From an uncultured Candidatus Peribacteria bacterium (lineage in GTDB: Bacteria > Patescibacteriota > Gracilibacteria > UBA1369 > UBA12463): 55,621 bases of DNA. The notes under the pieces are model-generated. The model saw only the letters and a program-made list of their open reading frames with translations, had not been told where the DNA came from and searched no databases. The stretch spans positions 18,715 through 74,335 of the forward strand of contig CAZFSD010000001.1 of assembly GCA_964521465.1 (NCBI GenBank), written 5' to 3'. This document shows positions 1 to 7,900 of the stretch, piece by piece. Made by a program: the position numbers and the translations under genes. Every line of letters begins with the position of its first letter. The stretch's first letter is position 1.

Positions 1-17
1 TACTCGACTTTTGTCCT

Positions 18-47
18 TTGCAAAAGAGCGTCATTTTTTGCTATAGT
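18..47 (+). promoter_or_regulatory. sigma-70-like promoter, extended -10
   Basis: TTGCAA (18-23), 18-nt spacer, TGcTATAGT (39-47). GTG 53 / ATG 56 follow 5-8 nt later. Confidence 0.4.
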
Positions 48-52
48 TTCCC

Positions 53-427
53 GTGATGGCAGAACCTATTCGCATTACCGATCGTTCACAGAAGAATAAA
101 AATAGAGCTTCGGATTCTTCTTTTTCTGATGCGGGTTTTGAGATCCATTCCATTGAAGAAGCTCCTGCGATCAGTGGTGAATCCGTGACAACGGAAAAAG
201 TAAAAGTTCGTTTTGATAAATTTGCTCAGTTGGTAGCGACTCACAATTTTGATGAAGTACTTCGAGAAAATGCTGCTGAAGAGATTGTGATGAGTTCGAA
301 TTTACTCATGGATTTGGCGAATGCTCATGAGACTCCTCAAGAGCCGGACAAGAAAATCCAAGTGATGTTTGCGGTAGGACTTGTTTTTGGCATTGCGCTT
401 ATGTATATCGTTCTCAAACTTTTTTAA
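53..427 (+). CDS. hypothetical tail-anchored small membrane protein
   Basis: 124-aa ORF (GTG 53 / ATG 56). It has a hydrophilic N-region and a single C-terminal hydrophobic helix (VMFAVGLVFGIALMYIVLKLF). No family recognised. A TGcTATAGT box ends just upstream. Confidence 0.55.
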   Translation: MMAEPIRITDRSQKNKNRASDSSFSDAGFEIHSIEEAPAISGESVTTEKVKVRFDKFAQLVATHNFDEVLRENAAEEIVMSSNLLMDLANAHETPQEPDKKIQVMFAVGLVFGIALMYIVLKLF

Positions 428-430
428 ATT

Positions 431-1159
431 ATGAAAAATTCAGCAGGAAAATCAGGACATGGTTATACGCGCGTGATGCTCAAACTGTCGGGCGAGGTGC
501 TGGCAGGGGAGAGTGACGGCGGTATTGCGCAGTCGGCGTTGGCGCTTTTTTGCAAGGAGATCGCGGCTCTGAGTCCTTCGGTGCAGTTTGTGATTGTGGT
601 CGGTGGTGGCAATTTTTGGCGCTTCAAGGATCAAAAGGAATTGGGTTTGGAGCGGACGGTGTCGGACAATATGGGCATGCTTGCGACGGTCATGAATGCG
701 CTGGCTCTTCAGTCGTCTTTCACTTCACTTGGTGTTTCGAGCACGGCTTTTTCCGCGATTTCGATGCCGCGGGTGATTGAGGATTATACGGTTCGTGCTG
801 CTCACTTTGCCCTCGAGAGTGGCCATATCGTGATTTCTGCTGGTGGAACGGGCAATCCTTTTTTCTCGACGGATTCTGCGGCGGCTCTCCGCGCTCTGGA
901 GCTCGAATGCGATGTCCTTCTCAAGGCGACCAATGTGGATTATGTCTACGATAAAGATCCTCGTGAATTTCCGGACGCTCAAAAATATGAATCCGTGAGT
1001 TTCCAGGAAGTGCTGGAAAAAGGTTTGCAGGTCATGGATTTGACGGCGATTTCGCTCTGCCGTGATAACAAACTTCCGATTCGGGTTTTCAACATGGAAA
1101 CTTCTGGCAATCTTGCCAAAGTTGTTGCTGGTGAAAAAATTGGTACTCTTATTTGTTAA
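431..1159 (+). CDS. pyrH: UMP kinase
   Basis: 242 aa with RVMLKLSGE, VVGGGNFWRF and GTGNPFFSTDSAAALRA motifs of the amino-acid-kinase-fold UMP kinase. The conserved pyrH-frr adjacency is present. Confidence 0.93.
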   Translation: MKNSAGKSGHGYTRVMLKLSGEVLAGESDGGIAQSALALFCKEIAALSPSVQFVIVVGGGNFWRFKDQKELGLERTVSDNMGMLATVMNALALQSSFTSLGVSSTAFSAISMPRVIEDYTVRAAHFALESGHIVISAGGTGNPFFSTDSAAALRALELECDVLLKATNVDYVYDKDPREFPDAQKYESVSFQEVLEKGLQVMDLTAISLCRDNKLPIRVFNMETSGNLAKVVAGEKIGTLIC

Positions 1160-1171
1160 TTTTTTTCTTTT

Positions 1172-1732
1172 ATGTCTCCGTCCGATATTGTTTCTCAGGC
1201 TGATCAGTCTTTTCAAAAATCACTCGAACATCTTCGTGGTGAATATTCTCGTCTTCAGATCGGTCGTGCGAGTGCGGCGCTGGTAGAAGGGATTAAAGTC
1301 GATGCGTATGGCACGATGCAGCCACTCAAGGCTGTTGCGAATATCGCTGTTCCTGATGCGAAAACAGTACAAATTCAATGCTGGGATAAATCCCTCATGT
1401 CTGCGGTAGAGAAGGCGATCCAGATTTCCGATATTGGCATTAATCCGGTGAATGATGGCGTGTATATCCGTCTCAATATTCCGCCACTCACCGAAGATCG
1501 ACGCAAAGATCTCGTGAAAGTGGTGCATCGTATGGCGGAAGAGGCTCGCATTGTGGTTCGTACGGAGCGACAACAGGCGAATGGAAAAATTGGCGATTTG
1601 GAAAAAGCGAAGACGATCAGTGAAGATGATGCTCGTGGTTTTCAGAAAAAGTTGCAAGACAAAGTCGATCAGGTGAATAAGACGATCGATGAAGTTGCCA
1701 AGAAGAAAGAAGTGGAACTTCTCACCATTTAA
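1172..1732 (+). CDS. frr: ribosome recycling factor
   Basis: 186 aa with a full-length RRF-like sequence (LRGEYSRLQIGRASAALVEGIKVDAYG, NIPPLTEDRRKDLVK). Confidence 0.93.
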   Translation: MSPSDIVSQADQSFQKSLEHLRGEYSRLQIGRASAALVEGIKVDAYGTMQPLKAVANIAVPDAKTVQIQCWDKSLMSAVEKAIQISDIGINPVNDGVYIRLNIPPLTEDRRKDLVKVVHRMAEEARIVVRTERQQANGKIGDLEKAKTISEDDARGFQKKLQDKVDQVNKTIDEVAKKKEVELLTI

Positions 1733-1774
1733 ACTTTTTCTCCTCACTCACCCCTCTAAGCCTCCCCCTCACTC

Positions 1775-3391
1775 ATGAATATTTTGATTACTCTCATTGC
1801 GTTTGTTGTTGTTTTTTCTCTTCTCATATTGATTCATGAGCTTGGGCATTTTTGGGCCGCAAAAAGAGCGGGAATTCGCGTGGAGGAGTTTGGTTTTGGA
1901 TTGCCGCCTCGAGCTTTCGGCAAGAAAATTGGCGAGACGATCTATTCGGTGAATTGGTTGCCGTTCGGTGGTTTTGTGCGGCTTTATGGAGAAGACTCTC
2001 ATGATCCCGGAGCGCTCAAGAGTCGTCATAGTTTTGCGGGAAAGAGTTTGAGACAACGCATTACGGTGGTTGTTGCGGGTGTGGTGATGAATTTCATTTT
2101 GGCGATTTTGCTTCTGACGGCGGGTTTTTCTTTGGGGATTCAACCCTTGCTCGTTGGTCCTTCGGATGTTGCTGCGGCACTTGATCATGGTCAGATGCAG
2201 ATACAGTCCGGAGTGGTCGTGAAGGAAGTTGTCAAAGATTCTTTGGCGCAGAAGATTGGTTTTCAGGCTGGTGACATTGTTGTTCAACTTCAGAATAAAT
2301 CGGTTTTTGATGATTCTTTTTTGAAGCTTTTCCAGCAGCCTCCGAAAGATGGATTGACGGTTCGCGTTCGTCGAGATAAAACTTTTTTTGATCTTCGCGT
2401 GATGCCTCATGAGGGTTCTCTTGGTCTGTTTTTTTATGATCATTTCTTCTTGTCACGGATGACGCTCAATAAATTGACCCCGGATGGAGAGCTTGCGAGA
2501 GCCGGACTCCAGGTGGGCGATGTGATTTTGAAAATCAATGGGCGACATATTTATAGTGTTTCTGGTTATCAAGAAGCTCTTTCTTCTGGGAAAAAATTGC
2601 AATTTACCGTGCTGCGTCATTTCCGAGAAATGCAATTTGATGTCGTGTTTGCGAACCGCCATGGTGCGGTGATTCGCGATGTGGTGAGCGGCGGTCCTGC
2701 CGACGGCGTGGGTTTGAAAAAAGACGATCGTATCGTTCAAGTCGATCATGTCGATGTCGTTTCTCCTGAAGATGCCGTAGCGAAAATCCATGCTCATGGC
2801 GCGGGCGATCTTTCGATTCTTGTCGAGCGCGGTGGTCAACTCATGAACTTTTCATTGAAATTGAATCAGGATAAATTGGTGGGCGTTTATCTCGCTCCTC
2901 TGATTTACGATCTTGCGGGAGCAGATATTTATGAAAATGTTTTCCCAACCTCGGTTTTGAAGATCGACAATGTTCGTTATTCACTCGGCGAATCTTTTGT
3001 TCAGTCGTTCCGTGAGTCGTATCGCTTGATGAAGGCTACGCTGGTGATGTTTGTCGATGTGATTCGGGATGTATTTACCAGTTTTACTGTTCCGGTCGGC
3101 GTTTCTGGTCCTGTCGGTATCGCACAGATGACGGGTGTGTATGTGCAGGAAGGATTTCTGTCGGTCATTCGTTTCATGGCACTGCTTTCGCTCAGTCTCG
3201 CGGTGATGAATCTGTTGCCATTTCCGGGTCTTGATGGGGGACGGCTTTTGTTCCTCATTATTGAGGGAATTCGCGGCAAACGCGTGCGCCAAAATGTGGA
3301 ACAGGTGATTCATTTGGTGGGATTCGTGTTTCTGATCGTCTTGATTTTGCTCGTGACTTATAAGGATTTTGTGCGGGTGTTTTCCGCTTGA
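1775..3391 (+). CDS. rseP: M50 site-2 protease (RseP/RIP metalloprotease) with PDZ repeats
   Basis: 538 aa. HELGHF zinc motif in the first TM region, several PDZ-like segments (GFQAGDIVV, GLQVGDVILKING, GLKKDDRIVQVD), and C-terminal NLLPFPGLDGG. Confidence 0.9.
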   Translation: MNILITLIAFVVVFSLLILIHELGHFWAAKRAGIRVEEFGFGLPPRAFGKKIGETIYSVNWLPFGGFVRLYGEDSHDPGALKSRHSFAGKSLRQRITVVVAGVVMNFILAILLLTAGFSLGIQPLLVGPSDVAAALDHGQMQIQSGVVVKEVVKDSLAQKIGFQAGDIVVQLQNKSVFDDSFLKLFQQPPKDGLTVRVRRDKTFFDLRVMPHEGSLGLFFYDHFFLSRMTLNKLTPDGELARAGLQVGDVILKINGRHIYSVSGYQEALSSGKKLQFTVLRHFREMQFDVVFANRHGAVIRDVVSGGPADGVGLKKDDRIVQVDHVDVVSPEDAVAKIHAHGAGDLSILVERGGQLMNFSLKLNQDKLVGVYLAPLIYDLAGADIYENVFPTSVLKIDNVRYSLGESFVQSFRESYRLMKATLVMFVDVIRDVFTSFTVPVGVSGPVGIAQMTGVYVQEGFLSVIRFMALLSLSLAVMNLLPFPGLDGGRLLFLIIEGIRGKRVRQNVEQVIHLVGFVFLIVLILLVTYKDFVRVFSA

Positions 3392-3417
3392 AAAAAATCG
3401 ACTTCGGCGGGTAGTAT
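3388..3417 (+). promoter_or_regulatory. dnaA promoter placing ATG at predicted +1 (leaderless)
   Basis: TTGAAA (3388-3393, overlapping the rseP stop), 18-nt spacer, TAGTAT (3412-3417), then exactly 6 nt to ATG 3424. Confidence 0.5.
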
Positions 3418-3423
3418 GGCGGC

Positions 3424-4917
3424 ATGTCTGAACTTAAGGATCTTTGGAGACTCACGCTTCGGCGGCTGCTTCCGACGATGAAGCGGAATGTTTTTATCAC
3501 CTGGTTTCAAAATACGGGTGCAGTCAAGCTTGAAAATGGGGTGCTTTCGGTGGGTTTTCCCCATACTTTTGCGAAACAGTGGGCGGAAATTCATTGCATG
3601 AGTAAGATTTTGAGTTTGGTGAAGAGTATTGATGCTTCGATTCAAGAAGTTCAGTTTGTGATTGAGGCTTCTTTCGCGAATGGGAGCGATCCTCGTGCGG
3701 TACCGCTGGATGCGGTGCTTGTGGATACTCCTTCGGAAAAGCCAACGATGCGGAAGGTGGCGAATGTTCAAGAGGTGCGAATCGAGGGTGGTCTTCGGAG
3801 TAAAATTTTGAATCCTCGTTATACGCTCGATGGATTTATTGCTGGGAGAAACAACCGTCTTCCTCATGCCGCTGCGGCCGCAGTAGGTCATCAGCCGGGC
3901 GGAACCTATAATCCGCTTTTTATCTATGGTCAGGTGGGTCTTGGAAAAACGCATCTTCTCCAGGCGACGGGCAATGAAATTCTCAAGAATTTTCCGAATA
4001 AGATTGTTGCTTATATTACTTCTGAGCAATTTGTCAATGAAGTGGTCGAGGCGATTCGAACTCGTAAGGTGAAAGAGCTCAAAGATCGATATCGAAAGGC
4101 GGATTGTTTGCTCGTCGATGATGTTCAGTTTTTCGGAGAGAAGACTTCGAGTCAGGAGGAGTTTTTTCATACCTTTAATGCTTTGTATGATGCGAATAAA
4201 CAGATTGTTTTGAGTAGTGATCGTGCGCCGAAAGATATGGAATTTGTGGATGATCGTCTGCGAAGTCGTTTCGGGATGGGTATGGTGACGGAGGTTTTGG
4301 CGCCGGAATATGAGACGCGCCTTGCGATTTTGCAGAATAAATGTCAGGAGTTGGGTGTTTTAATTGATCAAGAAGTCCTTTCGGCGATTGCGTACAATGT
4401 AGAAGATAGTGTTCGTCATCTGGAGGGGGCTCTCAAAGGTCTCGTGGGCACCATGCAGCTTGAACAGAAAGTTCCGACAGTGCAGGACGCGCTGCAAATT
4501 GTTCAGCGTATCCGAGGCGATGCTGTTTCCATGCCTCCGACTGGTGGTGGCGGTCCGAGTCAGCAACAGCAACCGGTCGGTCATTTTTCTGAAGGGAATA
4601 GGATGGCGCCGGCCTCGAATCGTCGTTTCGTTCGTGATCCGGAGGAGGTGATTGCGGTTGTGGCGAAGTACTATCGCATTTCTCGTCAGGATTTGGTGGG
4701 GGATGATCGTCGTCGTGAAATTTTGGTGCCTCGCCAAGTGTGTATGTATTTGATTCGAAGCGAGCTGAATGAGGCATATGAGAAAATCGGTGCTGACTTT
4801 GGAGGTAAGAACCATACAACGATTCTTCATGCTTGCAATAAGATTGTGGAACAGCTCAAAGCTGATCAGAGGCTTGTGAGAGATGTGCAGGCGATTCGCA
4901 CGGAACTGGGGTTGTAA
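3424..4917 (+). CDS. dnaA: chromosomal replication initiator DnaA
   Basis: 497 aa. Walker A GQVGLGKTHLL, LLVDDVQFF, and the domain IV DNA-binding region (RQVCMYLIRSEL...GGKNHTTILHACNKI). A ~40-aa Gly/Gln/Pro-rich linker precedes domain IV. Confidence 0.95.
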   Translation: MSELKDLWRLTLRRLLPTMKRNVFITWFQNTGAVKLENGVLSVGFPHTFAKQWAEIHCMSKILSLVKSIDASIQEVQFVIEASFANGSDPRAVPLDAVLVDTPSEKPTMRKVANVQEVRIEGGLRSKILNPRYTLDGFIAGRNNRLPHAAAAAVGHQPGGTYNPLFIYGQVGLGKTHLLQATGNEILKNFPNKIVAYITSEQFVNEVVEAIRTRKVKELKDRYRKADCLLVDDVQFFGEKTSSQEEFFHTFNALYDANKQIVLSSDRAPKDMEFVDDRLRSRFGMGMVTEVLAPEYETRLAILQNKCQELGVLIDQEVLSAIAYNVEDSVRHLEGALKGLVGTMQLEQKVPTVQDALQIVQRIRGDAVSMPPTGGGGPSQQQQPVGHFSEGNRMAPASNRRFVRDPEEVIAVVAKYYRISRQDLVGDDRRREILVPRQVCMYLIRSELNEAYEKIGADFGGKNHTTILHACNKIVEQLKADQRLVRDVQAIRTELGL

Positions 4918-4940
4918 GTGTCTTTCGGAGGGGTGTCGCC

Positions 4941-4965
4941 ACAGCTTGTTACAAAGCTGTTTTTA
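4941..4965 (+). terminator. candidate intrinsic terminator after dnaA
   Basis: Hairpin ACAGCTT-gttaca-AAGCTGT followed by TTTT. The stem is only 7 bp and AT-moderate. Confidence 0.45.
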
Positions 4966-4974
4966 TGGTATAAT
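4946..4974 (+). promoter_or_regulatory. extended -10 promoter for the giant ORF
   Basis: TTGTTA (4946-4951), 17-nt spacer with TG, TGgTATAAT (4966-4974). ATG 4998 follows, giving a leader of about 17 nt. Confidence 0.5.
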
Positions 4975-4997
4975 GACACGATGTCATAACCATATCT

Positions 4998-7900
4998 ATG
5001 CCACCTCCTGTCGAAGGTCCAAAGCCGCAAAAAATTCCGGAAGTGCCCAAAAAAAATGCAGCAATTGCTCTTGCGGATTTGAAGGCGGAGAATTTTTCAC
5101 TCAATGCGCCGATTGATTTTCATTTTGTTCGCGATCTTGAGGGAAAGCGTTCAGGTACGATGGATCCTATGACTTGGAATATCTATCAAATCCTTACCCG
5201 TTTTTATCTTTCTCAGGGCGTTCGTGGTGAAGCTTCGTGGCGTAAGGCGAGCCAGGAGGCCAATCAACTTCTGCCTTTATTGCGGTCGATGTCGGTTACG
5301 GATTCTCATGGTACTCAAATGGATTCTTCACTCCAGGAGTATTTCTTGAAGCTCGTTCGACAGAAGCAGGTCGACTGCCTGAGGCTTTTGCCGGATATGA
5401 CTCTTCAGATTTTGAATAAAAAAGATGAAGTTCTCTATTCGTTGAATCTTATTGTTTTGAAGCGCGATGGCGTTTTGCAAACGAGTACGGCTGATCGCAA
5501 GAGTCTTCTTCAGGATATTACAAAAACTGCCGGTGCTTCACTTGAGAAAATTGGAAAAATTCCTGAAGTACTTGCGACAAAAGTCATGGAAGGTATTGAT
5601 TTTCTGGATGCGTTTGCCTCTCCTGCGGAGCGTGCTTTTCTTCCCTTGAAGCCTCCAGTTATTTCCGATACTCGTGAGAAAAAAACAATTTCTGTTTTTG
5701 ATACCCTTCGCGTGAGTCGTCAGCCGCCGAAACTTGTAGAAGATCAATTTCGCAGTCTGGACTTGTGTAGTTTCTATGCAATCTCACTTTTGCAGGAAGC
5801 GTATGGACGGCCTGCCGTTCGTGAAATGGGGCTTTCTCGTTATGGTCGCATGCCGAATGCTTGGGATCTTCGAGCGACCGGTATCGAATATGGTTCTCTG
5901 GAAACGAAGGCGAGTGTTGCGAATCTTTTGCAGGATAAAGATCGACGATTGCGTGTGACAGAAAAAAATCCTGATGGTCGAAAAGATGGTGAGGGTTTTG
6001 GTCTTGTTCTCGATCGAAAAGATGAAAAAGAGTATCAGCAGCAACTCGGTTCATTTTTTGAACTTGCCGATAGCGGTCAATATCCTGCGCTCGTTACGAT
6101 TTTTAATACTGATACGAAATATGGTGAACGAATCTGGAACGCGAATAAAAATCGTTCTGAGAATATGCGTGGCTATAATTCGCATGTGGCAACGGTCCTT
6201 GGTCGTGAGCCAGTGCGTACTTTGGATGTTACGAAGAAGGAACGACTTGGTCATTTTCTGGAAAGAGAGGCAAAAACTACTCCCGCTCTTCAGCGATATT
6301 TGAAAGTTACTGTCACCAAAACAGACGGCTCAGTCCTTCCTTTTTCATCGGCGTTTGATCCGAAAATGAAAAATGTTGCCCTGAAGCCAGGTGACAAAGT
6401 TTCATGGCAGGATGTCTTGGTAACGGATTTTTTTCATGGGAGTGAAAGAGTCATGGGACTCGCAGAGTATGCTTCTTCCAAGACCATGCTTCTGATGGAT
6501 TACATGACTCTCAAGAATGCTGAGCCGCGTAAGAATTTAGAATATCAGCCGGTTGGATTTTTTCAGATTGAAATGGGAAAACCACTCGTTTCTGAATTTC
6601 AGCAGAAGCTTGGAATTTCTCCTGCTGATACTGCTTATTATTTTGCTGCTTATTCGGACCTTGGTATTGATTTGCGAAATGTTCGTCCGAAAGACATGCT
6701 GCCAAAATTTGATCTTGCGGCATTGAAAAAAACAGTGGATGCAAAAGGTGGTCCTGTAGCACTCCGAATGTCGATTCGGCAGGAATATATTCATGCCTAC
6801 AATGAATCTCATCCAGATGCTCTTTTTATTCCGATCGAGTCGGGCAAGGATGTATGGTCACATGTTTCTTCTTATTTTGAGCCTTATTTTCGTGATCGAT
6901 ATGCGCTCACTCGCCGTGAAAAATTGGAGATTTTACAGGCTCTTGATGCTAGTTGTCCGAATATTGATTTGTCGAAAAATCCTCCGCGATTTGAGAAAGG
7001 AGACTTTTTGTATCTTACTCGTCAAAGAGTTCAAGAGATTGTTGATATGATCGCGTTATCGCAAGCGAAACAGTTTAATACTCTTGATGTCGTCGATATC
7101 CTGGATCCCGGAGATTCTCCTCGTGCTTTTGTGGCCCGTGCTTTTGATGATTATGTTCGTGCCGAAGGTGCGAGTGCACTTTCTTTTTCTCCTGAAGATG
7201 TCAAAAACTCACAGCATCTTCTGGACATTTCCTATGACCGCTTGGATTCTGCGGAAAAGGCTTATGTTTTTCGAGCTTTTGCCGCTTTGAATCCTCATCT
7301 CGATCTTACTCTTGTTGATGTCCCGAATCCCGTGAAGCCTGGTGAAGTGGTTTCTTCCGGTACACATCAAGAATATAAGAATCTTCCTGTGGGTGATCGC
7401 ATGGTCTTTCGCCGTACGGATCTTGCAAAGTGTTTTTCTGATATTTTTGAACTTCGTCAGTTGCGTCTTGCAAATCAGCGTTTTTCCGGCCCTATGACTG
7501 ATCCTTTTGCAAATGTCCGCATGGGTTCTCGACTTTTGAAAATCCCTGAAAACATTCGCGATTTTATTAACGAATCGTATCCCGGAAGCACTCTCCGCGA
7601 AACGGTGGTGCGAAATGCCCTTTATCTTGTTTATGCGAAAGAGCAGATGAGTGGCGGCTTGCGTGGTGAAGCGAAAGATTTTCTGGATTCTTCTGGATTG
7701 CGTGAGAGTCAATCGATTGGCGCTTTTCAGATTCGTCCGACCCTTCAGGATATGGAACTTTGTAAGGATGTCTTTCCTCGGCACGGTCTTATCATGCCAG
7801 AGACCTTCGACGAATTTAAAAGTGCGGTTCGTGATAATCGTCAGGTTGCGGTTCTCGTTGCTGGTCAGCGACTTTTTGAGGCAATGAATGTTTTTGAACA

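Noticed and set aside
8-40. Weak hairpin CTTTTG...CAAAAG near the window start, considered as a terminator.
   Set aside because: The stem is 6 bp and AT-rich. The T-run is separated from it by 7 nt and overlaps the promoter box. The support is too weak to call.
3389-3391. Alternative genetic code with TGA recoded, as in some candidate phyla.
   Set aside because: TGA terminates rseP, ruvC, lgt and other conserved genes at their expected lengths. No conserved gene is interrupted by in-frame TGA.
4918-4997. dnaA-flanking spacers considered as oriC.
   Set aside because: The spacers are too short (32 and 80 bp). The downstream one is occupied by a hairpin and a promoter box, with no DnaA-box cluster or AT-rich unwinding element.
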